In this document: one piece after another, positions 10,046-19,426 of the stretch
Layout of the letters: every line of letters starts with the position of its first letter
Numbering within the stretch: the stretch's first letter is position 1
Origin: a virus
Virus record (IMG/VR): IMGVR_UViG_3300042402_002564
Location: 66,145-130,144 of that record
Direction: 5' to 3' (one strand)
DNA length: 64,000 nt
Notes under the pieces: model-generated
What the model saw: only the letters and a program-made list of their open reading frames with translations
What the model was told of the DNA's origin: nothing
Databases searched by the model: none
Made by a program: the position numbers and the translations under genes

Positions 10046-10885
10046 ATGAATTTTACTATATTATCAAATCCTCCATATCAAGACAATAATAAAGCAAAAA
10101 ATAATAAACTTTGGTATAAATTTATTGAGTTAGATATTAATCTTCTTCAGACTGGCGGAACTATGGCAAAAGTTACGCCAGCATCTTTCATTGGAACAAC
10201 GGGATTCGGTAAAAAGTTTTTTCAAAAATGTCAAACAATTTATAATTTGATTCAGATTGACTATACTTCTGATAAGTATTTCACTGAAGGAGTATCAATT
10301 TGCTCTTGGATTTTAAAAAAAGAACCATATAAAGGAACTACAAAAGTCATACATGAGACTGGAATTTATTATTTGGATTTGAGGGATGGTCTTCCTTTAT
10401 TTGGTGAAGAAAAAATATTGCATTCTATTTTTAACAAAATAGCAAACTCAAATCATCCAAGAATACCTCTTAAGATTGGTCAGGATATTCCAAATGATGA
10501 ATATTGTGATGATGGAAAATATGAGGTTTATGCCTCTGGTAAAAATATTAAAAGAACTAATGTTGTTCCAACAACTGGAGATTTATTGAAGTTTGTAGTT
10601 CCATACTCGTGCTCATATTCTGGTAGATTTATCACAAATGGATATGTTGGTATGTTAAACTCGTGGTGCCATATTAAAAATGAAGAGGAGGGAGACCTGC
10701 TATCAAAAATTTTTGATGTTCCTCTAATACAATTGTTTGTTGAAAATTATAAAACTACTGCTGGATTTGCTGCAGCAGTTAAAAATGCAGAAGTTCCTCT
10801 TTTAAAGAATTTTGAAAATGTGCATGAACAATTTGATTTTACACCTGAAGAACTTGAGTATTTAAAAGATAAAAATGTCATCTAA
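10046..10885 (+). CDS. DNA methyltransferase-like protein, NPPY (motif IV) part
   Basis: SNPPYQ at residues 7-12; overlaps the next ORF by 11 nt in another frame. Confidence 0.45.
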   Translation: MNFTILSNPPYQDNNKAKNNKLWYKFIELDINLLQTGGTMAKVTPASFIGTTGFGKKFFQKCQTIYNLIQIDYTSDKYFTEGVSICSWILKKEPYKGTTKVIHETGIYYLDLRDGLPLFGEEKILHSIFNKIANSNHPRIPLKIGQDIPNDEYCDDGKYEVYASGKNIKRTNVVPTTGDLLKFVVPYSCSYSGRFITNGYVGMLNSWCHIKNEEEGDLLSKIFDVPLIQLFVENYKTTAGFAAAVKNAEVPLLKNFENVHEQFDFTPEELEYLKDKNVI

Positions 10886-11294
10886 TAAAAATAAGCATAA
10901 TGAGTCTTTGGGGTCTAAAGTTGAAAGATCCGACCAAAGAATTTCAGAGACTGGTGAAGTTTTTACTCCACCAGATTTAGTTAATGAGTTGATTGAGTGT
11001 ATCGATGAAGATTTATTTAAAAATCCCAATTCAAAATTTCTTGATAACTCTGCTGGAAATGGAAATTTTATATTTGAATTAAAAACCAAATTATGTAAAT
11101 ATCATGATGAAGATTATGTGTTAAACAATATGCTATATGCTGTTGAATTGATGGAAGATAATCATAAAGAATTGTGTAAACGATTGGGGGTTCCTACAAC
11201 ACATCCACATTATGTTTGTGCGGATGCCCTTGAATATCACTATCGATTTGATGGTACAATAGGTCATCCTACCTTAGACCAATTTTTTAACTGA
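10875..11294 (+). CDS. N6-adenine methyltransferase-like protein, motif X + motif I part
   Basis: GEVFTPPDLVNELI (motif X-like) followed by LDNSAGNGNF (AdoMet motif I-like). Confidence 0.55.
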   Translation: MSSNKNKHNESLGSKVERSDQRISETGEVFTPPDLVNELIECIDEDLFKNPNSKFLDNSAGNGNFIFELKTKLCKYHDEDYVLNNMLYAVELMEDNHKELCKRLGVPTTHPHYVCADALEYHYRFDGTIGHPTLDQFFN

Positions 11295-11346
11295 CCACCT
11301 GCACCACCCGTGCGGGTAAATTTTGCTGTATAATAATTTTATTGAC

Positions 11347-12585
11347 ATGACACCCATGAAACTCCGAACTCATCAGTCCGAAGCACTCTCCATCATGAGC
11401 AATACCCCCAAAGGTACTATTGTGGTTCCTACTGGCGGTGGCAAGTCCCTGATTGCCATTATGGATGCTGTGCGTCAGTTTGAGCAAGGAAACAAAACCA
11501 TTGTGGTGGTTGCTCCTCGTCTCATGCTTGCACGTCAGTTGTCTGCTGAGTTTACAGAGCACATTACCAATGCTTCTGTGATGCATGTTCACTCTGGTAA
11601 TGATCTTCCTTATTTTACTACTACAAAACCCAAAGAGATCTTCTCTTGGTGCTATCGCACTAATGGTAATAAGTTGATTTTTACTACTTATCAATCTTTG
11701 TATCGTATTGAGCAGGCAGATATTGTAGTTGATACAATCTATTATGATGAAGCACACAACTCGGTCAAAAAGAGTTTTTACCCTACCGTCAAGCATTTCT
11801 CTTCTAATGCTAACCGCAGTTATTTCTTCACTGCTACTCCTAAGTATTCTGCTACTGCTTCCAAACCTGGAATGAACGATGTGGAAGTTTATGGTGGAAT
11901 CATTTACAATGTTGCTGCTACACGCCTCGTCAACAACGGTTCTATTCTTCCCCCTAAGATTAACGCAATTAATATCGGTGGTATCCGTCTGAAGGGCGAG
12001 GAGGCAGCAGAGAGGGACTGTATGACCCTTCTGGATACCCTGTACAATGAAGAGCACATGGAGAAGGTTTTGATTGCTGCTCCTAACACTAAAGTGATGA
12101 TCCGTATGCTTGCAGAGACTGATTTCTTGAAAGAAGTTCAGTCTATGGGTTATGACCTTCTTTGGATTACCAGCAAGCATGGTTCGTTCCTTAACGACAA
12201 AAAGATTTCCCGTGAGGAATTCTTTAATCTTGTTCGTGAGTTTGGTGCAGACCCTGACAAAAAGTTCATTGTTCTTCACTATTCCATTCTCAGCGAAGGA
12301 ATCTCTGTTCCTGGTCTGACTTCTTTGATTCTCATGCGTCAGATGAATGTGATTGAAATGTGTCAGTCTGTTGGTCGCGTCATTCGTCTTCATCTTGATG
12401 ATGTGAAGCGTATTCAAGAAGGAACTCTTGTTCCTGGTAAACTTCAGGATTACACTAAATCTTTTGGTTTAGTTCATGTTCCTGTCTACAACAATGTTGG
12501 AATTGCTACTGTGAAGCGTCTCCAAAGTATTGTTGATACTGTATTTGTTCAAGGTCAACCTGCAATCTCTACTATTAAACGATGA
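11347..12585 (+). CDS. SF2 DEAD/DEAH-box helicase
   Basis: Walker A VVPTGGGKS and Walker B/DEAH YYDEAHN; a TATAAT lies inside the track's 5' extension, so the start is set at ATG 11347; elevated GC. Confidence 0.7.
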   Translation: MTPMKLRTHQSEALSIMSNTPKGTIVVPTGGGKSLIAIMDAVRQFEQGNKTIVVVAPRLMLARQLSAEFTEHITNASVMHVHSGNDLPYFTTTKPKEIFSWCYRTNGNKLIFTTYQSLYRIEQADIVVDTIYYDEAHNSVKKSFYPTVKHFSSNANRSYFFTATPKYSATASKPGMNDVEVYGGIIYNVAATRLVNNGSILPPKINAINIGGIRLKGEEAAERDCMTLLDTLYNEEHMEKVLIAAPNTKVMIRMLAETDFLKEVQSMGYDLLWITSKHGSFLNDKKISREEFFNLVREFGADPDKKFIVLHYSILSEGISVPGLTSLILMRQMNVIEMCQSVGRVIRLHLDDVKRIQEGTLVPGKLQDYTKSFGLVHVPVYNNVGIATVKRLQSIVDTVFVQGQPAISTIKR

Positions 12586-12755
12586 AAGAAGGATTTATTA
12601 CAAAGGATGGATATGCCGCAGTTCCTTTCGGCAATCAACTCATGGTTATTTACAATGGACAGCAGTTGAAAGTTTGTAGAACTGAAAATTCTGCTAGAAA
12701 GTTTATTAAAGACCATTCATCTCAACCAAAGTCTGGAACTGTTTTTATTAATTGA
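12582..12755 (+). CDS. hypothetical small protein (57 aa)
   Basis: ATGA overlap with the helicase stop. Confidence 0.3.
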   Translation: MKEGFITKDGYAAVPFGNQLMVIYNGQQLKVCRTENSARKFIKDHSSQPKSGTVFIN

Positions 12756-12758
12756 ATT

Positions 12759-12953
12759 ATGAAATCTAAATTTATTTGCGTCTCTCCCATCACAGATAAG
12801 GCAAAAGAAAACTTTTCAACTATAATGAATTCTTTTCATTCTTGTCGAGTAAAACAAGAAAAAAAAGACATGATTTATCTTGAGTCTCTCAATAAAATGT
12901 ATTATTTTTGGGTAAATAAAAGTAAAGACCCTAACTGGAAAATTGAAAAATAA
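12759..12953 (+). CDS. small protein, paralog of 59574..59762
   Basis: C-terminal YFWVNKSKDPNWKIE versus HFWVNINKDPDWIVE in the GC-rich copy. Confidence 0.45.
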   Translation: MKSKFICVSPITDKAKENFSTIMNSFHSCRVKQEKKDMIYLESLNKMYYFWVNKSKDPNWKIEK

Positions 12954-13440
12954 TATGTGGAAGATAAAATATCTTGAACATGGTTATGCAGATTATTTTG
13001 ACAAATGGTTACCATTTTTTAAATATAAATCTGATTTAGTTCAAGATAATACGAACAATTGTTTATCTAAAAATTGCTTTGCAACAAAAAATCTGTTAAA
13101 ATTTGTGGGCGATAATGAATTTTTAGATATTATTGAAGAGTTAAAGTCTATTTGTGAGAAATGTGTAAATAAAGAACTAGAATACTTTTATTTGCATATG
13201 ATTGATTATGAAAATGGAGGTGAAATGTCATCCCACAAACATGATCATAATGAAGACTATAGTTTTATTCTTTATCTTAATTCTTGTGAAGATGGGGATA
13301 CCCTTCTTCATCTTGATCCTGAAATAAAAATAAAACCAGTTAAAGATAAAATGGTGTTATTTTCTTCAGATATTGTTCATTCTGCTATTTTTTCTAATAA
13401 AAAAAGAATTCTTGTTGGAGGATTAAAACTATGTCTTTAA
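12943..13440 (+). CDS. 2OG-Fe(II) oxygenase-like protein
   Basis: HKHDHNED then a distal IVHSA His; size and pattern match small phage P4H-like oxygenases. Confidence 0.45.
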   Translation: MKNNMWKIKYLEHGYADYFDKWLPFFKYKSDLVQDNTNNCLSKNCFATKNLLKFVGDNEFLDIIEELKSICEKCVNKELEYFYLHMIDYENGGEMSSHKHDHNEDYSFILYLNSCEDGDTLLHLDPEIKIKPVKDKMVLFSSDIVHSAIFSNKKRILVGGLKLCL

Positions 13441-14000
13441 ATCGTTCTTTTGAAATTCTTCATTTTTCCTATCGACATTGGCCTTCTTATCATGAACAGG
13501 GTTGTTATAATCTTAACCTTGTTTTTCGTGCGTCTGATGAAGATGATGAATATTACAGCACTAAAGATAGATTTATGTATGAAGCTGAAGAGTGGCATAA
13601 ATCTGAAATTGTTCAAGACCTTGAGTTAGAACAAAAATATGTTATGGGACTTAATGTTTTAGACGCAAGAACGGGTAAAGACCTATTAGATGGGTGGAAG
13701 GAAGAGAAAGAAAAAGAGGATTTTGATGAGAACGAACTTATTCCAATTGATATTGTGAATAAGGATGGTATAGAAAGAGAAGATGTTTATATCAAAGGAT
13801 ATCAAAGAAACGAAACTATGATGCTTAATTATATTGAAAAGTTTGATGTATTTCGTTTCTATGAATTTTTTGAAATTAATCCAGCAACTAAAGGTATTAT
13901 TGAGTATATTGAGGATTTGAAAAAAATGGAGAATACAGATCCATATTATGCTGGTCAATTTCTCAGGGCACTTAAATCTTTAGAACTTTGGTGGGATTAG
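13431..14000 (+). CDS. hypothetical acidic protein
   Basis: 189-aa ORF, overlap-coupled to its neighbours. Confidence 0.45.
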   Translation: MSLNRSFEILHFSYRHWPSYHEQGCYNLNLVFRASDEDDEYYSTKDRFMYEAEEWHKSEIVQDLELEQKYVMGLNVLDARTGKDLLDGWKEEKEKEDFDENELIPIDIVNKDGIEREDVYIKGYQRNETMMLNYIEKFDVFRFYEFFEINPATKGIIEYIEDLKKMENTDPYYAGQFLRALKSLELWWD

Positions 14001-14030
14001 TCAAATATATAATAAAGATGTTATTTTATA

Positions 14031-14276
14031 ATGTTAACTCAATTACAATTAATCTTTCTTACTATATTTGCACTTGTTGCCTATGCTATGGTAACAGATC
14101 CAAATATAGTAAGATTTTTTGATATTTGCATTAAATTGTTTAAAATAAATATCGAAAGATTAATTTGGATGATAAGATTTCATCCTTTAGTTACTACTAA
14201 TCCTGTGAGTCAATGGTTAATGATGCGTAAGTATATGAAGCAGGTGGAAGAAATGCAAAAAGATTTAAATAAGTGA
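14031..14276 (+). CDS. hypothetical small membrane protein
   Basis: N-terminal hydrophobic helix LIFLTIFALVAYAMV. Confidence 0.35.
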   Translation: MLTQLQLIFLTIFALVAYAMVTDPNIVRFFDICIKLFKINIERLIWMIRFHPLVTTNPVSQWLMMRKYMKQVEEMQKDLNK

Positions 14277-14282
14277 TTTTAT

Positions 14283-14999
14283 ATGGAAGAAGATTTAAGA
14301 ACTAAACATGCAGACATTTTAAAAGATCCAGAGGGTCCTTTGAATCATTATAATGTCATATATCCAGATGACCCTAGAACAGAAAATTATTTTGATTTCT
14401 GTGGGAATACCATCTATAGGGCATATAATGTATTGAGTTTGGAAGATAGGCAAGGACTATTGGAAGAAATTGATGATGAATTATCTAAAAATCCTAATTG
14501 GGATTTATCTGTAGAAGCTACTAAAGAACTTAGTATTAGAAAATTAAAAAATAAAGAGTGTTGGGTTAACTTCTTTAAGATGGTAAAACATCATTTGTAT
14601 AATTATGCAAAAGTAACAAATAATCCAAAAATTTTAGAATTAAAAATTCAATCTTATTGGGCGAAGAGATTGAGAGATGTCTCTGAAGAAAAATATGCAG
14701 AAGAATTGTATATAAACTACGGAAACACCCACAGTCATCAGCATTTTGATCTGGGATTAATTTTTTACCTACAAAATCCCTCAAGAATTTATGGAACAAT
14801 AATTGAAAATGATGGGAGGGAAGTTATAATTCCTGGGGATGAAAATTCTTTACTGTTACATCATTCTGCGGTGAATCATCAACCAGCACATCCACCTCCG
14901 ATGGTTGCAAAAGATTATTATAGATGTGTCATTGTTGCAGATTTTATGTATCCAGATAAAGATAAAAAAATGAGAATCGCAGATGACAGAAAAAGATAA
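14283..14999 (+). CDS. 2OG-Fe(II) oxygenase-like protein
   Basis: HQHFD (HxD) plus a distal LLLHHSAVNH. Confidence 0.4.
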   Translation: MEEDLRTKHADILKDPEGPLNHYNVIYPDDPRTENYFDFCGNTIYRAYNVLSLEDRQGLLEEIDDELSKNPNWDLSVEATKELSIRKLKNKECWVNFFKMVKHHLYNYAKVTNNPKILELKIQSYWAKRLRDVSEEKYAEELYINYGNTHSHQHFDLGLIFYLQNPSRIYGTIIENDGREVIIPGDENSLLLHHSAVNHQPAHPPPMVAKDYYRCVIVADFMYPDKDKKMRIADDRKR

Positions 15000-15216
15000 A
15001 AAAATCTATAAAAATATTTTTAAAAAAATATTAGATAATAAAAAAGATTCCATGACCTATGAAGAAGGAACATGGTTAATGGAAAGACCCGAATTGATGG
15101 ATTTGGCAAAAAAATTAAATGCCAAAGTGAAAATAATGGCTAGATTTCCAGAGTATAAAAATACAATAGAAGAAATACTTTTTATTCTTGACTTATCTGA
15201 CAGGTTTTTAAGATAA
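14983..15216 (+). CDS. hypothetical small protein
   Basis: ORF overlapping the previous stop. Confidence 0.3.
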   Translation: MTEKDKKIYKNIFKKILDNKKDSMTYEEGTWLMERPELMDLAKKLNAKVKIMARFPEYKNTIEEILFILDLSDRFLR

Positions 15217-15284
15217 GAACAACTTATATGGGGTTGTTTTTTAATCGATCTTTTGCTATCATAGGCAAATAACAAAGCAGAGTT

Positions 15285-16427
15285 ATGCACTACAAATTTC
15301 CAACAATTACAAATTTGGATCAGGTTAAAACTGCCATTGAAGGTTATGATGAATTTCGCGTAACTAACAAAGGATTTTATACCGTAGTGAATTATGCTGT
15401 AGCATTCGATAATACTTTTGATATTGTCGATGAGAATGATGTTAATGGAATGATACGTAGAGAATGTAGGGGATTAATTTTTGATGTTGATGGTAATTTA
15501 ATCTCTCGTCCTTATCATAAATTTTTTAATTTGAATGAAAGGAAAGAAACCCATATCGACACAGTTGGATTTGACCTCCACACTGTTCTTGAAAAGATGG
15601 ATGGATCTATGATTAGACCAATTCCTTCTGAATATGGATTTAGACTCGCCACTAAAGCTGGGATTACTGATGTTGCAATAAATGCTGAAATTTTTATTTC
15701 AGATAAACCAGAGTATGCAAATTTTATTAATCATTGTATTTCTAGAAATCTAACCCCAATTTTTGAATGGTGCTCTCGTAAAAACAGAATCGTAGTTGAT
15801 TATCCAGAAGATAAATTAGTTCTTACTGCTTTGAGAAGTATTAAAAATGGTTCTTATTGTTCGTATAATAACCTTCGTCTTTTATCTGAACATTATGATA
15901 TTCCTCTGGTTAAAAAATGGCCAGATAATATGGACATACAACAATTAGTTGAATATGTCCGTAATCTTGAAGATGAGGAAGGTATTGTTCTTCGTTTTGA
16001 TAATGGACATATGTTAAAAATCAAAGCAGAAGAATATGTTCTTCGTCATAAATCTAAAGAACAAATCAGTCAAGAAAAAAATGTCTTGGAAGTAATCATT
16101 GAAGATAAAGTTGATGATGTAATACCATTATTGAGTGATTCTGATGCCAACAGATTAAAATACTTCCAAAAGGCATTTTGGATTAATGTTGACGAGGTTG
16201 CTTTTAATTTAGCAGAAGTTTATCAAAAAGGAAAAAACTATAAAGATAAGAAATCTTTTGCTGTGGAGTTTGTTCAAAAACTTAGTCCTCACTTGCAACC
16301 ATTCATGTATGCAATGAATTCTGGAAAAGGTTCTAAGAGTCTTTTGATAGAATCTATTAAAAAGTCTACTACTTCACAAACTAAGATTGATCAATCACGT
16401 TGGATGTGGGGAAACCTAGTTTGGTAA
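15285..16427 (+). CDS. rnlA: ATP-dependent RNA ligase (T4 Rnl1-like)
   Basis: nucleotidyltransferase motif I EKMDGS (KxDG); ~380-aa size; sits next to the Pnk parts. Confidence 0.7.
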   Translation: MHYKFPTITNLDQVKTAIEGYDEFRVTNKGFYTVVNYAVAFDNTFDIVDENDVNGMIRRECRGLIFDVDGNLISRPYHKFFNLNERKETHIDTVGFDLHTVLEKMDGSMIRPIPSEYGFRLATKAGITDVAINAEIFISDKPEYANFINHCISRNLTPIFEWCSRKNRIVVDYPEDKLVLTALRSIKNGSYCSYNNLRLLSEHYDIPLVKKWPDNMDIQQLVEYVRNLEDEEGIVLRFDNGHMLKIKAEEYVLRHKSKEQISQEKNVLEVIIEDKVDDVIPLLSDSDANRLKYFQKAFWINVDEVAFNLAEVYQKGKNYKDKKSFAVEFVQKLSPHLQPFMYAMNSGKGSKSLLIESIKKSTTSQTKIDQSRWMWGNLVW

Positions 16428-16431
16428 ATTT

Positions 16432-16908
16432 ATGGAAAACGTATCAATAGAACCATATAAAACAATATTAGTTCTTAACGCAAGTTATGAACCAATAAAT
16501 TTTTGTAATTGGAAAAGAGCCGTTGTGCTTTTACTAAAAGAGAAAGCACAATTATTGTCATCTAGAGTCATACGATTGGTAAATTACATAAATTTACCAA
16601 TTTCTAAAATAATTTCATGCAAACCATCTAGGCATTTAATTTACAAAAGAGATGACCACAGATGTCAGTATTGTGGTTCTATAAAACAACTTACAATTGA
16701 CCACGTAATTCCAAAATCTAAAGGTGGTAAAGATACTTGGGAAAATTTAGTGGTTGCTTGTATGCCATGTAATACAAAAAAAGGTGATAGAACTCCAGAA
16801 GAATGGGGAACTCCTCTATATCAAAAACCAAAAGCATTATATAATAAAATGCTAATATCTTTAAAATCTTCTAATGTTCCTGAATGGAAGGAGTACGTTT
16901 ATGCCTGA
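16432..16908 (+). CDS. HNH endonuclease
   Basis: CQYCG...TIDHVIPKSKGG...WENLVVACMPCN HNH core. Confidence 0.75.
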   Translation: MENVSIEPYKTILVLNASYEPINFCNWKRAVVLLLKEKAQLLSSRVIRLVNYINLPISKIISCKPSRHLIYKRDDHRCQYCGSIKQLTIDHVIPKSKGGKDTWENLVVACMPCNTKKGDRTPEEWGTPLYQKPKALYNKMLISLKSSNVPEWKEYVYA

Positions 16909-17377
16909 ATGTGTAATGTTGTGTGGAATTCCTACTTGTGGGAAGTCCACATATGTTAAAAAATTACAATCTTTAAACTATTGGAAAGATGCTGTAGTAT
17001 TATCTACCGACAATTATATTGAGAAGCAGGCACAAAGGATGGGTCTGACTTATAATCAAATTTTTGATGATGTGATTGATGATGCAACTCGGGAACTTGA
17101 ACTTGAGTTCAATATGGCAAAGGACAAGGGAAAAGACATCATTTGGGATCAGACAAACTTATCAATTAAGTCCAGAAAGAAAAAACTTTCTAAACTTCCT
17201 TCCTATTACAGGAGAGAGGCGGTATACTTTGAAATAACATTGGAGGAAGCACTAAAACGAAATGAATGCCGTGAAGGCAAATTCATTCCCAAAAGTATTC
17301 TTCATAGAATGTACCATCAGTTTGAATTTCCAACCTTAGAAGAGGGATTTGATTATGTTGAAAAAATTAAAGTTTAA
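16901..17377 (+). CDS. pnk: polynucleotide 5'-kinase (T4 Pnk kinase domain as a separate ORF)
   Basis: P-loop GIPTCGKST and IWDQTNL (T4 Pnk has ISDTNL); ATG at 16901 overlaps the HNH stop. Confidence 0.7.
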   Translation: MPECVMLCGIPTCGKSTYVKKLQSLNYWKDAVVLSTDNYIEKQAQRMGLTYNQIFDDVIDDATRELELEFNMAKDKGKDIIWDQTNLSIKSRKKKLSKLPSYYRREAVYFEITLEEALKRNECREGKFIPKSILHRMYHQFEFPTLEEGFDYVEKIKV

Positions 17378-17582
17378 ATCTCCATACAATCATCATTTTG
17401 AATATACTAGCGATATTGAACGTATCGTAAAAATCTTTGCCGATCGTGGATATGAGATTTCACATCAAGATGCTGTTCATGCTTGGGAAGAATTTTCTGA
17501 CAGTATGTGTGCAGGTTGGATGTGCTTAGGTGAAGATGATGAAGTCTTTCAAGACGCATTTTATTATTTTGAGGAAGTTTGA
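17349..17582 (+). CDS. hypothetical small protein between the Pnk halves
   Basis: 77-aa ORF overlapping both flanking genes. Confidence 0.3.
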   Translation: MIMLKKLKFKSPYNHHFEYTSDIERIVKIFADRGYEISHQDAVHAWEEFSDSMCAGWMCLGEDDEVFQDAFYYFEEV

Positions 17583-18046
17583 TGGCAGAAAAAAAGAAAA
17601 ATTGTTTTATATTTGACTTAGATGGAACGATTTGTAATGTAAGTCATCGTAGACAATATGTTGTAACCAAACCACGTAACTGGGATGCTTGGAACAAAGG
17701 TCTCATTAATGATGTACCTAACGTAGCAGTTCAAAAGGTATTCCAAGCACTTCGCAATGCTAATGATTACGATACTGATTTGATTATTGTTTCTGGTCGC
17801 TCAGACGATTATAAAGAACAAACGGTCAAGTGGTTGACTGATAATGAAATCTTTTACGATGAAATTTATATGAGAAAGTATAAAGATCATCGGGATGATG
17901 CTGTTGTTAAAGCAGAAATTGCTGACGAAATTGAAAAAACTCACCAAATTCTTGGTGTGTTTGATGACCGTCAGAGGGTTGTGAATATGTGGATTGAGCG
18001 TGGTATCTGGGTGTTCGACGTTGGGCAAGGTAAGGGCAATTTTTGA
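17579..18046 (+). CDS. pnk: polynucleotide 3'-phosphatase (T4 Pnk HAD domain as a separate ORF)
   Basis: FIFDLDGT (DxDGT) and C-terminal FDDRQRVVNMWIERGIWVF (T4 has DDRTQVVEMWRRIGVECW). Confidence 0.7.
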   Translation: MMAEKKKNCFIFDLDGTICNVSHRRQYVVTKPRNWDAWNKGLINDVPNVAVQKVFQALRNANDYDTDLIIVSGRSDDYKEQTVKWLTDNEIFYDEIYMRKYKDHRDDAVVKAEIADEIEKTHQILGVFDDRQRVVNMWIERGIWVFDVGQGKGNF

Positions 18047-18090
18047 ACTGGCACATACAATCCCACATCTGAGTTTTTTTAACCTATAAT
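18045..18090 (+). promoter_or_regulatory. promoter-like region with GAACTGGCACA box and TATAAT
   Basis: GAACTGGCACA at 18045-18055, TATAAT at 18085-18090, ATG at 18112. Confidence 0.4.
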
Positions 18091-18111
18091 CATCTTGTAC
18101 GAAAATTAACA

Positions 18112-18399
18112 ATGAGTTTTTCCAAAACTGTTTCCGTTTTCGCTGCACTTGCAAGTATTTTTGCTGCTGGAGCTACTGGTTGGAAACTTGCAAATTCCCA
18201 ACAAGAAGTTCCTTTGAATCCATTAGACCAAAAAGTAATGGAGTTGGAAAAAAAGATTGAAGAAGTAACAACTGAAAAACCAATTGAGCAAGTGGTACAA
18301 CCACAAGTAGAATTGCAACCTAAACCAACTATACCTCCAGTACCACCACTACCCCCGCTTCCAGCACCTACAGAGGACACAAATGAACAAACTCCGTAA
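18112..18399 (+). CDS. small proline-rich protein with N-terminal signal/TM segment
   Basis: hydrophobic N-terminus VSVFAALASIFAAGA; C-terminal PPVPPLPPLPAP. Confidence 0.4.
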   Translation: MSFSKTVSVFAALASIFAAGATGWKLANSQQEVPLNPLDQKVMELEKKIEEVTTEKPIEQVVQPQVELQPKPTIPPVPPLPPLPAPTEDTNEQTP

Positions 18400-19426
18400 A
18401 CTTGCTTCCATCAAACCTATCACCTATATCAAACCGATTGAAGGTGCTGATGCTATTGAGTGTGCTATTGTTGATGGTGGTTGGCCTGTAGTTGTCAAAA
18501 AAGGTGAGTATAAGGTTGGGGATATTGCCATCTACCTTGAGATTGATAGTTGGGTGCCCCACAAACTTGCTCCATTCCTTAGTAAGGGTCAAGAACCCCG
18601 TGAGTATAATGGTGTAAAGGGTGAGCGTCTTCGTACTGTTAAACTTCGTGGTCAAGTTAGTCAGGGTCTTCTGCTGCCGATTGAACTTACGTTCTGGCGT
18701 GATATTGGCACGGACCTTACAGAATCTCTGGGTATTCAGAAGTGGGAACCGCCCATCCCTGCTCAACTTCAGGGTACGATGAAGGGTAACTTCCCACACT
18801 TCATTCCTAAAACTGATCAAGAGCGTTGCCAAAATCTTCGTAAAGACATCTTTGAGACTCATAAAGAGGAGATTTATGAAGTCACCGTCAAACTTGATGG
18901 TAGTAGCACCACTATCTATGTCAAAGATGGTGAGGTTGGTGTATGTTCGCGGAATATTGACCTCATTGAAACTGAGGGCAATAGTTTCTGGAAAGCAGCA
19001 CGGGAGCAGAATATTATCGAACCTCTTCTTGAATTGTGTAAAGAAAAGGGTGAAGAATATGCTATTCAAGGTGAATTGATTGGTGAAGGTATTCAGGGTA
19101 ATCCTGAAAAAATCAAAGGTCAACGATTCTATTTGTTTGATATTTACAGTATTACCTGTGGTGAATATTTTAAAGCAAATGTTCGATATAGTATTCTCGA
19201 TAAACTAAAGATGCTTGGTGCTGATATTGAGCACGTTCCTATTGTTGATGTTGATGTTCGTGTTGCTCAAGCATACGACAGTATTGATGACCTTCTTGAG
19301 TTTGCTGAGGGTCCATCGTTGAATCCTCAGACCAAACGTGAAGGTCTGGTCTTCAAATCGTGGGAAAGTGACTTTACTTTTAAAGCAATTTCTAACTCTT
19401 ATCTCCTAAAGCATAAAGACCGATGA
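18383..19426 (+). CDS. second RNA ligase (Rnl5/NgrRnl/DraRnl-like with N-terminal OB-like domain)
   Basis: VTVKLDGSS KxDG motif; N-terminal IKPIEGADAIE...VVKKGEYKVGD segment resembles the N-domain of Naegleria/Deinococcus-type ligases; elevated GC. Confidence 0.6.
   Translation: MNKLRKLASIKPITYIKPIEGADAIECAIVDGGWPVVVKKGEYKVGDIAIYLEIDSWVPHKLAPFLSKGQEPREYNGVKGERLRTVKLRGQVSQGLLLPIELTFWRDIGTDLTESLGIQKWEPPIPAQLQGTMKGNFPHFIPKTDQERCQNLRKDIFETHKEEIYEVTVKLDGSSTTIYVKDGEVGVCSRNIDLIETEGNSFWKAAREQNIIEPLLELCKEKGEEYAIQGELIGEGIQGNPEKIKGQRFYLFDIYSITCGEYFKANVRYSILDKLKMLGADIEHVPIVDVDVRVAQAYDSIDDLLEFAEGPSLNPQTKREGLVFKSWESDFTFKAISNSYLLKHKDR

Noticed and set aside
11287-12417. 376-aa minus-strand ORF
   Set aside because: Entirely antisense to the helicase gene, which has Walker A/B motifs; a long antisense ORF expected in a higher-GC segment
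18368-19123. 251-aa minus-strand ORF
   Set aside because: Antisense to the RNA ligase gene (KxDG motif on the plus strand)
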